From an uncultured Nitrospinaceae bacterium (GTDB taxonomy: Bacteria; UBA8248), in NCBI GenBank assembly GCA_964005815.1, contig CAXFSR010000017.1, positions 96,001-160,000 of the forward strand: 64,000 bases of DNA. Direction: 5' to 3'. The notes under the pieces are model-generated. The model had not been told where the DNA came from and ran no database searches. It saw only the letters and a program-made list of their open reading frames with translations. The translations under genes and the position numbers were made by a program. Each line of letters opens with the position of its first letter. Position 1 is the first letter of the stretch. Below are positions 9,883 to 20,074 of the stretch, in pieces.

Positions 9883-11919
9883 ATGATTGTAAAAAGAATT
9901 TTACTAATAACTCCTCTTATAATTATCTTTCTGCTTCTGCAATCTTTTTTCTGGGTTCCAAAATTTGACGAACAATTTCTAGGGCATGGAAAAAGACTGA
10001 CTCAATATATTCAGGGATCCATTGGCGACGCCCAAATCTTAAACCCAATTCTTCATGCAGATTCTTCAAGTGGAACTATAACAAATAAAATATTTGATGG
10101 ACTAATCGACAGAGACAGAGATCTAACTTACAGAGGAAGACTTGCAAAATCTTGGAAAATAATTGAAGAAGCCTTCTTTGTTCCAAATACAAAAACAAAC
10201 TCGGCAGAAAGAATCGCCAAAAAAATACAAACAGCTAAAAAAAATTTAAATCTTCCATGGCTAAACAATATTACTTCTATAAAAGTTATTCCTCCAAAAA
10301 GAATTAAAGTTTCACAGAATTCTTCGAATCAGAATAAATCAATTGAAATTTTTTACCCGAAAAGAATAAAACTAACCTTAAAAAAGGTTGATCAAGATTT
10401 GTTTGATAAAATCAGAAATAACTTCGATGAAAAGTTTATAGAAGATGACTATTCTTCTTTCAAGAAAGGATCTAAGAAAAAGAAAATAAAACTTACCGAA
10501 CATAATCCAATAATAATTTTTGAATTAAGACAAGGAGTCAAATTTCACGATGGGCATGAATTTGATGCAAAAGATGTTTTATTCACTTACAAATCGATTA
10601 TGGACAACAAGAACCTATCTCCGAGAAAATCAGATTTTGAGCCAATAAAAAACATTCAAATCATAAATAAAAGTAAAATTAAAATTAGATATAAAAGACT
10701 CTACTCTCCCGCTTTTGGTACTTGGTCAATAGGAATTTTACCAGAGCACCTTCTAAACAAGAAATCATTAAAAAAAGAGTTAATAGCAAGAAAAATCAAT
10801 AAAACTATTTTCTCTCTTCGTCTAAGCAAATTCAACAGAAACCCGATTGGAACAGGTCCATTCAAATTTAAAGAATGGAAAAGTGACGAATTAATAAAAC
10901 TAGAAAGAAATGATCAATATTGGGAAGGACCTCCAAATTACAGTGAATTTATTTATCGTATAATTCCAGATTCACTAACTCAAGAAATGGCCTTTTACAC
11001 AGGTACTATTGATAGTTATGGTGCAGGAGTACATCAAGTAAACAGACTAAAAAAAGACAAACGTTTTCAAGTTTTTTCTGGTTTATCTTTTGGGTATACA
11101 TATATAGGTTACAATATGAGAAGAGAACCTTTCAACGACCCTCGTGTTAGGAAAGCACTCGGTATGGCTATCAACACTAAGCAAATTCATGAATTTATTC
11201 TCAATAATCAAGCGGAAGATATTACTGGTCCATTTATAAAACAAGGACCACATTATAATAAATCTGTCAGGCCAATCCCATATGATCCAAAACAAGCGAT
11301 ACAACTTCTACATGAAGCCGGATGGAAAAGAAGGGGTGGTGTTTTAGTTAAAAATGGGAAAAAACTAAGTTTCAAACTTTTAACAAACCATGGCAATGAT
11401 ATCAGAAAATCGATTGCTACTGTAATACAGGATTCATGGAAAAGAATAGGTATTGCAGTCAGCTTTGACACAGTCGAATGGGCTGTTTTCATTAAAAAAC
11501 ATATTAACCAATTGAATTTCGATGCAGTTATTCTTGGATGGAGTTTAGGATTAGATCCTGACTTGTTCCAAATTTGGCATTCTAGTCAAACCAAAAAGGG
11601 GCAATTAAACTTTGTTGGATACAAAAACAAAAAAGCAGACGAACTCATTGTAAAAATTCGTCAAGAATATGACCTAAAAAAACAGATAAAATACGCGCAT
11701 GAACTTCATCAAATTATCGCTGCAGATCAACCATACACATTCTTATACAATTCTAAATGGACCGCACTTCTTGATAGAAAAATTGCAATACTACGAAAAT
11801 CAAAAAATGGACAACCCACTGCAAAAAAAATCACTGCCACAAAAACTGGTAGTTACTCTTTCGATTTTAACAAATGGATAAAATTTCCAACTACTCCTTC
11901 ATTTGAGAGTAAATTTTGA
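9883..11919 (+). CDS. Peptide/nickel ABC transporter substrate-binding protein (family 5)
   Basis: LRQGVKFHDG, PIGTGPFKFKEW, DPRVRKAL, N-terminal membrane anchor. Confidence 0.92.
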   Translation: MIVKRILLITPLIIIFLLLQSFFWVPKFDEQFLGHGKRLTQYIQGSIGDAQILNPILHADSSSGTITNKIFDGLIDRDRDLTYRGRLAKSWKIIEEAFFVPNTKTNSAERIAKKIQTAKKNLNLPWLNNITSIKVIPPKRIKVSQNSSNQNKSIEIFYPKRIKLTLKKVDQDLFDKIRNNFDEKFIEDDYSSFKKGSKKKKIKLTEHNPIIIFELRQGVKFHDGHEFDAKDVLFTYKSIMDNKNLSPRKSDFEPIKNIQIINKSKIKIRYKRLYSPAFGTWSIGILPEHLLNKKSLKKELIARKINKTIFSLRLSKFNRNPIGTGPFKFKEWKSDELIKLERNDQYWEGPPNYSEFIYRIIPDSLTQEMAFYTGTIDSYGAGVHQVNRLKKDKRFQVFSGLSFGYTYIGYNMRREPFNDPRVRKALGMAINTKQIHEFILNNQAEDITGPFIKQGPHYNKSVRPIPYDPKQAIQLLHEAGWKRRGGVLVKNGKKLSFKLLTNHGNDIRKSIATVIQDSWKRIGIAVSFDTVEWAVFIKKHINQLNFDAVILGWSLGLDPDLFQIWHSSQTKKGQLNFVGYKNKKADELIVKIRQEYDLKKQIKYAHELHQIIAADQPYTFLYNSKWTALLDRKIAILRKSKNGQPTAKKITATKTGSYSFDFNKWIKFPTTPSFESKF

Positions 11920-12875
11920 TTACCTTTTTAATTAGAACATGCTTATTTAAATTAGTTACGCTAATTATAATATCTATAGTTAGTTTTTTAATTATTCATC
12001 TTGCTCCGGGCGAACCCAGTCAAATAGACCCTTTAAATCCCCGCTTTCAGAAAGAAGATTTAGAGAGATATAGAAAAACTTTCAATTTGGACAAGCCACT
12101 TCACATTCAATATTTTCTTTTCTATAAGAAATTCTTTTCCGGCAAATTACGAAGTTTTAAGGATAACCAACCTGTTTTTCCAAAAATCTGGGAACGTTTC
12201 ATGAACAGCCTTCCCCTTTTTATCGTAGGTACTATTTTAACTTGGGGGTTAGCTTTTCCTTTAGGAGTTAGCTCATCATTAAAACAAGACTCCTTAATTG
12301 ACAAAGGAACTACTTTTTGTAGCTATCTATTAATTTCGATGCCAAGTTTTTTCTTAGCCTATCTCCTTATTATAGGAACCGTTCATTTTCTGGAAACTCC
12401 TGTATTAGGGATACAAACTTTCGGACAAGAAGATTCTTCTTTTTTATTTAAAATAAATGACCGTATTTGGCATCTAGTTTTACCTAGCTTACTTGGAGCA
12501 AGCGCAGGAATAGCTGTTTTATCAAGATACGTTCGTGCTCAGATGCTAGAGGTAATTAATCAGGATTTTACACAAACAGCTCATTCTAAAGGATTATCTC
12601 AAGAAAGAGTATATTATATCCATGTACTGCGTAATGCAGCACTCCCTTTTGTTACAATGTTTGGACTTATTTTGCCAAGTCTTATTGGTGGCTCCGTAAT
12701 CATCGAATCTATTTTCGCTTGGCCTGGAATGGGAAGACTAGCTTTTGAAGCAATTCTCACAAGGGATTATCCTATCATCCTTAGTCTTAATTTTATTTCT
12801 GCGGTTCTAGTAGTCCTCGGGACGTTCATATCTGATATTCTTCTAGTTGTCGTTGATCCGAGGATAAGACTATGA
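11916..12875 (+). CDS. Peptide ABC transporter permease (OppB/DppB-like)
   Basis: LAPGEP, HLVLP, TAHSKGL (EAA-like), IESIFAWPGMG..RDYP. Confidence 0.93.
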   Translation: MITFLIRTCLFKLVTLIIISIVSFLIIHLAPGEPSQIDPLNPRFQKEDLERYRKTFNLDKPLHIQYFLFYKKFFSGKLRSFKDNQPVFPKIWERFMNSLPLFIVGTILTWGLAFPLGVSSSLKQDSLIDKGTTFCSYLLISMPSFFLAYLLIIGTVHFLETPVLGIQTFGQEDSSFLFKINDRIWHLVLPSLLGASAGIAVLSRYVRAQMLEVINQDFTQTAHSKGLSQERVYYIHVLRNAALPFVTMFGLILPSLIGGSVIIESIFAWPGMGRLAFEAILTRDYPIILSLNFISAVLVVLGTFISDILLVVVDPRIRL

Positions 12876-14230
12876 GTTCTATTTCTAAAGATTTGAATGA
12901 ATTGTTTGACAAATCACAAATCAAAAACCAATCTCTGCGAGGACGTGCCTGGGAAAATCTAAGAAAAAATAGAACTGGAATATTAGCCGGAACCACTCTT
13001 GTTTTTTTCTTTTTATTAGCACTTCTTGGATTAATTAACTTATCTAGCAATGAACCATTCTTTAATTCTAGTCAAATAAGGTTACCCGATAAATTAAAAC
13101 CACCTTTATCTTTACCAAATTCTAAAATCCTATCTTCAAATGAAATTCCACGTTTTGGAATTTACCTTTTTGGCACCGATTCTTTAGGAAGAGATGTTTT
13201 CTCTCGAATTCTGGAAGGAACCACGATTTCAATTGCAGTAGGTTTCGTATCTGTTGGCATATCAACCATTTTAGGTATTTTGATAGGTGGATTAGCGGGA
13301 TATTATGGAGAAACTAAGATCAGAGGTACTTCTATAATTACTTCAATTTTAATTTTATGTATAGGACTTTTCGTATGGAACAACTTCGGTTTTGTATTTT
13401 TTCTTATTGCCATCTTTGGGAGTATTCTCAGTTTTATCTATAGCAAAGAAAGAAATATTTTTTTAGGTTTTTGCATTGCTACTTTATTGTCTATTGTCTC
13501 AATCTCACCTTTTGATTCTTTCATTTCTTCTCAAACAGTTAACACTACTACAATCTTTCTGCAAAAATTAGTAGGCATACCACTCTTAGTTCTATTAGGG
13601 ATCCTAGGTATTTTTTACGGAAAACAACTAAGAGAAAAGAACTTTAGAAAAGATAGTTCTTTCAAGAAAAAGATTTTTTCTTTTCTTGAAAAAATTAGTC
13701 TCCCAAAAATTGACGTCATTTACACAATTATCGTAGATGTACAAATATCATTCCCAACATTTTTTCTTATATTAACAGTGATTGCACTTCTTCCTCCAAG
13801 CATTTGGAATATTATGATAGTTATAGGGTTAACCAGTTGGGTCGGGGTAGCCCGTTTTGTTCGTGCAGAGATTTTATCGTTGAGAGAACAACCTTTCGTA
13901 GAATCTGCTAAAGCGATAGGACAAAGTGACAAGAAGATAATCCTTTTATATCTAATTCCCAATTCTCTTGCGCCTGTTCTTGTATCCGCAACGCTTGGAG
14001 TTGCGGGTGCCATTTTAACTGAGGCCGGTTTAAGTTTTTTAGGATTTGGTGTTCCTCCGCCTCAGGCTAGCTGGGGAAATATTTTGTCGGATGGAAAACA
14101 ATACCTTTTTGATGCTCCCTGGCTAACATTAATTCCAGGTTTTTCTATTCTAATATTAATGTTATCTTTTAATCTCTTTGGTGAAGCTCTCAAAGATGCT
14201 TTTGATCCAAGAAAAAACAAAAAAATATGA
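12872..14230 (+). CDS. Peptide ABC transporter permease (OppC/DppC-like) with internal insertion
   Basis: GTDSLGRDVFSR, FVESAKAIG, EAGLSFLG.G..PP..SWG, DAFDPR. Confidence 0.92.
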   Translation: MSSISKDLNELFDKSQIKNQSLRGRAWENLRKNRTGILAGTTLVFFFLLALLGLINLSSNEPFFNSSQIRLPDKLKPPLSLPNSKILSSNEIPRFGIYLFGTDSLGRDVFSRILEGTTISIAVGFVSVGISTILGILIGGLAGYYGETKIRGTSIITSILILCIGLFVWNNFGFVFFLIAIFGSILSFIYSKERNIFLGFCIATLLSIVSISPFDSFISSQTVNTTTIFLQKLVGIPLLVLLGILGIFYGKQLREKNFRKDSSFKKKIFSFLEKISLPKIDVIYTIIVDVQISFPTFFLILTVIALLPPSIWNIMIVIGLTSWVGVARFVRAEILSLREQPFVESAKAIGQSDKKIILLYLIPNSLAPVLVSATLGVAGAILTEAGLSFLGFGVPPPQASWGNILSDGKQYLFDAPWLTLIPGFSILILMLSFNLFGEALKDAFDPRKNKKI

Positions 14231-14324
14231 ACTCGAAATTTTAAAAAAGTCGTATTTATTTGCAGTGAAATAGAAACATAAGGTAGATTTACACAGTTCT
14301 ATAAATATTCACTTCTCTATTATT

Positions 14325-14411
14325 GCCCAAGTGGTGGAATTGGTAGACACGCTAGCTTGAGGGGCTAGTGGGGGAAACTCCGTGTCGGTTCGAGTCCGGC
14401 CTTGGGCACCA
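14325..14411 (+). tRNA. tRNA-Leu (anticodon GAG)
   Basis: GCCCAAG/CTTGGGC acceptor stem, anticodon arm CTAGC-TTGAGGG-GCTAG, long variable arm, GTTCGAGT T-loop, encoded CCA. Confidence 0.97.
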
Positions 14412-14448
14412 AGACTTCTCTAATCTAAAAAAGAAAAAATCACTTTAA

Positions 14449-15624
14449 TTAAGGGTTCAATTTTTTCTTTAACCAATCAGAAATATAGGTAACGCCTAAT
14501 GAAAGATTATCTCTTTGACAATGCTGGGAACCACCTTCCTTAACCGAAAATATTTTTAAAGTTTTATCTTTTGAACCGACTGCGTTAAATAGTAGCTTTG
14601 CATCTCGGGTTGAAACCTGCTTGTCATCTATCCCATGTGTTAAAAGGAAAGGACATCTCATTTTTTGCACTACGCCATCTAACCTAAAACCTTCTAATTT
14701 TTCAAAAGTTTCATCATAATTCTTTGTATTAAAAACCCATAGAATATGATGACCTGGCACAGATAGTTCTGTTTTCATCGAAGCAGCAACACGTTTTTTC
14801 CATTGAGCGTGATAATCCCAGCAGGCACCCCAAGCCACACATGCCTTATATCTTTTCTCCATACTTGCTATTCTTGGGGCATAGTATCCACCTAAACTTA
14901 TTGCTACTACTCCTACTTTTTTTGAATTTACATCTTTTCTTGATTCCAGATAATCCATTGCAGCTGATCCAGCAACTTCGTAATCATATCTAAGATATTG
15001 CTTCCTAAAACGAATTGCTTCTCCTGTTCCGGGACCATCCATTACAAGACAACTCATCCCTCTTCTTACTATTTCCTCAACACCCCTACAGTATTGTATC
15101 TCTTTTGTTATATCTAACCCGTCAAAATACACTACGACCGGCGGTTTCGATTTTTTGGTATTCTCAGCGTGAACAAAATATCCCGGCAAAGAAGTTCCAT
15201 TTTCGAACGGAATTTCTACAGGCTCAATCTTGGGACGATCAGTTAATCTTGCAAAACGTTTAAAACTATCTAAAGCAAGCTTATAAGCTGCTTTTGCTTT
15301 CGCATCTTTTGGAGTTCTATACCTTTCTCCAATCTGATAATACATTGCTGCACGTTTGTGATGGTATGAAGCTGAAAAATTATTTTTTTTACGTTCTTCT
15401 GAAATAGCTAGTTTCCTAACTTTATCAGCCATTTTTATCCACTCACGAAACCATAATGCATCATTGCCTACATCCTTTTTGAGTTTTCTACCTACTTGAT
15501 CAACCTCTCCTATATCTGCACCTCCCCATGGAGCAACAGACAAACAATTGACGAGACCTGACGACCACCTATAGTCTTCAGGAAAATAAGTAAACCATCT
15601 GTTATTTGCTGGGGCTTCTGGCAT
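14449..15624 (-). CDS. Alpha/beta hydrolase, 2,6-dihydroxypseudooxynicotine hydrolase/FrsA-like, paralog 2
   Basis: DGLD..KE, DGPGTGE, ISLGGYYA nucleophile elbow, GGSQHC. Confidence 0.85.
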   Translation of the reverse strand: MPEAPANNRWFTYFPEDYRWSSGLVNCLSVAPWGGADIGEVDQVGRKLKKDVGNDALWFREWIKMADKVRKLAISEERKKNNFSASYHHKRAAMYYQIGERYRTPKDAKAKAAYKLALDSFKRFARLTDRPKIEPVEIPFENGTSLPGYFVHAENTKKSKPPVVVYFDGLDITKEIQYCRGVEEIVRRGMSCLVMDGPGTGEAIRFRKQYLRYDYEVAGSAAMDYLESRKDVNSKKVGVVAISLGGYYAPRIASMEKRYKACVAWGACWDYHAQWKKRVAASMKTELSVPGHHILWVFNTKNYDETFEKLEGFRLDGVVQKMRCPFLLTHGIDDKQVSTRDAKLLFNAVGSKDKTLKIFSVKEGGSQHCQRDNLSLGVTYISDWLKKKLNP

Positions 15625-15646
15625 TTATAGTTCTCCTTTGAAAAAA

Positions 15647-16678
15647 TTAAGCCAATTTTTTAGACTCTTTTTTGAGAGCAGGGACAACCTCCTCAGAAAA
15701 AAGACGCATGCTCTGTAATGTAGTAGAATAAGGCATTCCAATCCAACTTGTTCTAATAATCAAATGATTCACTCCCATGTGCAAATAAGGTAACAACCCC
15801 TCATAACACTCTTCAGGAGAACCTAATACGAATCTATCCTTCATTAATTCTTCAAATGGCAGATCATCCCATGAAATCTCATCATCAGGAAGCGCTTTAT
15901 CTTGACCAGTCCTTGCATAATCAGCATATTTCGACTCTAAAAAAGGTCTCGCCATTTCCAAAGCTGTTTTTTTATCCTTTGCGCAAAAAACTTCTTTAAT
16001 ACATGGAAGTTCTTTTGGGAAAGGCTTCCCTATACTATCAAGTTCTGACCTATATAATTGCATTTGCCTATCAATAGTTTGAGTAGTGGCATGTGGGTTA
16101 ATAAACAGTGTATCCCCTAAATGTGCAGCTCTTTTAACTGCAGGGTCGCTATTTGCCGCAAACCAAATTGGAGGATACGGTTTTTGAATTGGTCGCATGT
16201 TAAGTTTAACTTTATCAAGTACACAATAATCACTCTCAAATGAAACTTCGTCTTCTGTCCAAAGTCTTTTCACCAAATCCAGACAATCCAAAAATCGTTT
16301 TAATCTTTGCCCCTTTGGAACCCCCAACGCATCAAATTCTACATCCCTATATCCTAGACCTACACCAAAAGCCATATTTCCTTCTGCGATGACATCCATA
16401 GTAGCAACAGTCTCCGCGAGAAAAACAGGATTGAGAAGATTAATCAATAAAACTCCAATACCGAGAGTCATGTGACCAGCTTCCGCTTTTAATCTAGAAA
16501 GTACAGGAATATTCTGGAGCATTTGAATATCTTCTTCACAAAGGTAATGTTGTCCCGTAAAAAAGGAATCCCATCCTTGATCACGTGCGTATTGCACTAA
16601 TTTAATTTGTTCATTTAAAGCAGTAACCGAATCGGTTCCCGAAGGTTTTTGCGACGATATAAAATATCCTATCTTCAT
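15647..16678 (-). CDS. LLM class (luciferase-like) flavin-dependent oxidoreductase
   Basis: GQHY, NPVFLAE.VATMD, GVGLGYR..EF, RPIQKPYPPIW, GSPEE; ATG 16678 after GGGGGA RBS. Confidence 0.9.
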   Translation of the reverse strand: MKIGYFISSQKPSGTDSVTALNEQIKLVQYARDQGWDSFFTGQHYLCEEDIQMLQNIPVLSRLKAEAGHMTLGIGVLLINLLNPVFLAETVATMDVIAEGNMAFGVGLGYRDVEFDALGVPKGQRLKRFLDCLDLVKRLWTEDEVSFESDYCVLDKVKLNMRPIQKPYPPIWFAANSDPAVKRAAHLGDTLFINPHATTQTIDRQMQLYRSELDSIGKPFPKELPCIKEVFCAKDKKTALEMARPFLESKYADYARTGQDKALPDDEISWDDLPFEELMKDRFVLGSPEECYEGLLPYLHMGVNHLIIRTSWIGMPYSTTLQSMRLFSEEVVPALKKESKKLA

Positions 16679-16703
16679 ATTTCCCCCACTAAAATAATAT
16701 TTT

Positions 16704-17879
16704 CTAGAACAGCTTTTCTTTAAGCCAATCGCCCATATAATCAACAACTGGAGACAAATAATCAAGGTGGCAATGTTGTGAACCACCTTCTCTGCCATCA
16801 AAAATCTTTAATGTTTTATCCTTGGAACCGCATGCACGGAAAAGTGCTTTAGCATCTTTCAGTGGTATCTGTTGATCATCAACGCCATGAACCAGCAAAT
16901 ATGGACATCTCATTTTCTGTACAATTCCATCTAATCTGAATCCTTCAAGTTTTTTTAGAGCTTCATCAAGAGTTTTCACATTAAAACTCCAAGTGAGATG
17001 ATGTCCTGGCACAGGCAATTGAGACTTAAACGCGGCATCTATTCTTCGTTTCCATGTAGCATAATAATCCCATATAGCACCCCAGGCGACACAAGCCTTA
17101 AAACGTTTTTCCATACTTGCCGTTCGAGAAGCATAATATCCTCCCAAACTTGGAGCTACGATAGCAACTTTTTTTGAATTTACATCTGAACGTTTCTCTA
17201 GATAGTCTAAAGTAGCAGTCCCAGCAACTTCATAATCGTAACGTAAGAAAATATTACGGAAACGAATTGATTCTCCTACTCCAGGACTATCAACAATAAG
17301 GCAATTCATTCCTCTTCTTGTAAACGCATCTGCAGCCCAATGAAAACTCATTTCCTTAGTGCCATCAAAACCATTATATAGAACTACAACAGGAGACTTC
17401 GTCTTTTTACTTCCACTTGCAGGAACAAAGTAAGCTGGAAGTTTTTTGTTTTTTTCAAAAGGGATATTCACGACTTCTAACTTAGGCGAATCAGTCAATT
17501 TAGCAAAATTTTTAAAACATTTGATAGATTCTTTATAAATTTCCAAGGCTTTTTTATCTTTAGGAAATTTAAAACGATCTGCCATTTGATAATAATTTGA
17601 TGACCGCTTATATAAAGAAGCCGCTGTCAAATTGTGCTTATTCCTTTTTTCCAATTCTGCTTTTTTTTGAAGTCTATCTGCCATGCGGACCCACTCTTTA
17701 AACCATTTCCTATCATCTCCAACTGATGAGATAAGATTTCTGCAGATCTGTTCTACCTCCCCCATCTCAGATGCACCAGAGCAACAACCGGCAATTGCAG
17801 CAACAGTATTAAACGACCATCTATAATCTGTAGGAAAATAAGTAAACCATTCTTTATTTCTTACTGCTTTGACGACCAT
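16704..17879 (-). CDS. Alpha/beta hydrolase, DHPON hydrolase/FrsA-like, paralog 1
   Basis: NGFDGTKE, DSPGVGE, PSLGGYYA, GGSQHC; clearly homologous to 14449..15624. Confidence 0.85.
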   Translation of the reverse strand: MVVKAVRNKEWFTYFPTDYRWSFNTVAAIAGCCSGASEMGEVEQICRNLISSVGDDRKWFKEWVRMADRLQKKAELEKRNKHNLTAASLYKRSSNYYQMADRFKFPKDKKALEIYKESIKCFKNFAKLTDSPKLEVVNIPFEKNKKLPAYFVPASGSKKTKSPVVVLYNGFDGTKEMSFHWAADAFTRRGMNCLIVDSPGVGESIRFRNIFLRYDYEVAGTATLDYLEKRSDVNSKKVAIVAPSLGGYYASRTASMEKRFKACVAWGAIWDYYATWKRRIDAAFKSQLPVPGHHLTWSFNVKTLDEALKKLEGFRLDGIVQKMRCPYLLVHGVDDQQIPLKDAKALFRACGSKDKTLKIFDGREGGSQHCHLDYLSPVVDYMGDWLKEKLF

Positions 17880-17926
17880 CTATCCTCCTCCAATGTCTCT
17901 AGTTATCTGTATAAAACTAAAAATAA

Positions 17927-18463
17927 TCATTCGGTATTATCAGGCTCTTCTCTCTTAGCCCAAAATCTGTGGTATTCCTGACCGAAAGTTAAAGTATGCA
18001 AATCATTCATTCTATCAAAAAAGATCACTCCCTCTAGATGATCTGCTTCGTGTTGACAGATACGAGCAGCAAATCCTTCAAATTCCTCTTCATAATCTTT
18101 CCCTTCATAATCAAGACCCTTAAGTCTAATCTTTGAAAATCGAGATACTTTACCTTGTATATCAGGAATGCTTAAACATCCTTCCCAATCTTCATATACT
18201 TCATTTCCAATAGATTCTATTACCGGATTAACAACAACCCTGAGACTGTCCTCTTTTTCAGGTTCAGGTCTAAAGACAAAAACTTTCATTGAAACATGTA
18301 CTTGAGGAGCTGCTAATCCGACTCCTACATATTCAAACATCGTTTCAATCATATTCCGGACTAAAGTCTGAAATTCATTTCCTTGAATTTCATCTATACT
18401 CACTGGTTTTGCTTTTAACCTAAGAACAGGATTACCAAGTCTACAAACTTTCAAAATTGACAA
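17927..18463 (-). CDS. def: Peptide deformylase
   Basis: GVGLAAPQV, EGCLS, QHEADHLEG motifs. Confidence 0.97.
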   Translation of the reverse strand: MSILKVCRLGNPVLRLKAKPVSIDEIQGNEFQTLVRNMIETMFEYVGVGLAAPQVHVSMKVFVFRPEPEKEDSLRVVVNPVIESIGNEVYEDWEGCLSIPDIQGKVSRFSKIRLKGLDYEGKDYEEEFEGFAARICQHEADHLEGVIFFDRMNDLHTLTFGQEYHRFWAKREEPDNTE

Positions 18464-18490
18464 AACTATACCCCCAAATTTAATTTTTCA

Positions 18491-19195
18491 TCACAAAGAC
18501 AAAAACCATTCTTTCAAGAATTGCGTAGACACTAAGGTTTCAAGAGAAATAGCATCAACTACTTTATCAGAAATTCCTGAAAGCTCTCTATGGGAAAAAC
18601 TTGTAGTAACAGCTATCGAACGCATTTTTGATTTTCTAGCAGCTTCAACACCATAAATTGAATCTTCAAAAACAAGACACTCCTCAGGATATATTTTATC
18701 CCCTGACCTTCTTTCATTTAATAGAGACAATGCAAGTAAAAAACTCTCCGGATCAGGTTTTCCTTTCTTTACCATTTCTGCACTAACGACTACTTCAAAA
18801 AATGATAGTGCGCCTACTTTCTCTAAAGGAGGCTTGATTTCAGATTCTAGTGCACCGCTAGCAATAGCCAAAGGAAAAGATTTAGATAAATCTTTTATAA
18901 AATCTAAAATTCCATCGAAAAAAATAATATCTTCTGCTTTTCTCTCAAAATGATTTTTTTTCTCATCCATTAACTTTATTATGTCTTTCTCGTCGAATTT
19001 AAGATTATGATTTTTAGAAAAATTAAGAAAGAAGTTTCTGTCATCATATGCAAGATAATCTTTCGTATACTCCTCCTCTTCAAATTGGTAGTTACACGTC
19101 TCCATTAAAACCTCTTGAAAAGCAGCAAAATGAAGAGGTTCGCTATCCGCAATCGTTCCATCAAAATCAAACAAAATAGCTTTTAGATTATTCAA
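18491..19195 (-). CDS. HAD family phosphatase
   Basis: FDFDGT motif I, KPDPE, FEDS..G. Confidence 0.9.
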   Translation of the reverse strand: MNNLKAILFDFDGTIADSEPLHFAAFQEVLMETCNYQFEEEEYTKDYLAYDDRNFFLNFSKNHNLKFDEKDIIKLMDEKKNHFERKAEDIIFFDGILDFIKDLSKSFPLAIASGALESEIKPPLEKVGALSFFEVVVSAEMVKKGKPDPESFLLALSLLNERRSGDKIYPEECLVFEDSIYGVEAARKSKMRSIAVTTSFSHRELSGISDKVVDAISLETLVSTQFLKEWFLSL

Positions 19196-19209
19196 GGCAT
19201 TTTCCTATT

Positions 19210-19971
19210 CTACAGCCAACCCCCACCATCTTCGTATACATTTACTCCAGTAACATAAGAAGATGCGTCAGACGCAAGAAATACGCAGAGTCCTGTTATA
19301 TCTTCGGGTTCTCCAACACGACCAATAACTGTTTTTTGTTTGAGAAACTCTAAATTTTTTTCATCAAATGCTGCCTCTCCCATCATCGGAGTTCTATGAG
19401 CACCAGGAGAAATACAATTCACCCTGATTCCTTTATTGCCCCATTCAACAGAAAGTGAACGCGATAACGAGACAACACCAGCTTTACTTGCATTATAAGC
19501 AGATCTAGCAAATCTGTGACCACGATCTCCCAAAAAGGTTCCTATATTAATAATACTTCCTCTATTCCTCAGAAGCATTCTTTCTCCAACCGCTTTCGTA
19601 ACTAAAAATGTACCAGTTAAATTTACGTCTAAAGTATAGCGCCATTCCTCTTCTGAAAGATCTGTCGCGTGTTGCGTATTAACAATTCCAGCAGCATTCA
19701 CTAAAATATCTATTGGTCCTAATTCGGTTTCGACCTTATCTACTGCACTTGATACCTGCTCAGATTTTGTCACATCTACAGGACACACAATCGACCGACG
19801 GCCAATTTTTTGAATTTCTTGTGCCGTTTCATTTAGAAGTGTTTCTCTTCGAGAAACAACTCCAACATCGGCACCAGATTCGGCAAGAGCAATTGCCATA
19901 GCCCTTCCTAATCCACTACCTGCTCCTGTAACAAAAGCAATCTTAGAAGACAAATCAAATTTATTTTTCAC
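19210..19971 (-). CDS. Short-chain dehydrogenase/reductase
   Basis: TGAGSGLG, NAAG, YNASK, VNCISPG. Confidence 0.92.
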   Translation of the reverse strand: MKNKFDLSSKIAFVTGAGSGLGRAMAIALAESGADVGVVSRRETLLNETAQEIQKIGRRSIVCPVDVTKSEQVSSAVDKVETELGPIDILVNAAGIVNTQHATDLSEEEWRYTLDVNLTGTFLVTKAVGERMLLRNRGSIINIGTFLGDRGHRFARSAYNASKAGVVSLSRSLSVEWGNKGIRVNCISPGAHRTPMMGEAAFDEKNLEFLKQKTVIGRVGEPEDITGLCVFLASDASSYVTGVNVYEDGGGWL

Positions 19972-20074
19972 AAAAAAGCTCCGAAAATCTGAAAAAAGAA
20001 GGCATAGTCTTATAATATTAACTATGTTAGATATGTTAATTTTAATAGAATTTTAAAAAAATTCGACCCTAAAA

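Noticed and set aside
14325..14450. tRNA-Leu (and tRNA-Asn at 61976-62050) as island integration sites
   Set aside because: No integrase, no duplicated tRNA 3' end noticed, and no obvious compositional shift in flanking genes.
16679..16801. N-terminal extensions in the ORF track (LLM, gap, HyuA, YqeY, Pgi, DUF3891)
   Set aside because: They overlap upstream genes or lack an RBS; downstream starts fit family N-termini better.
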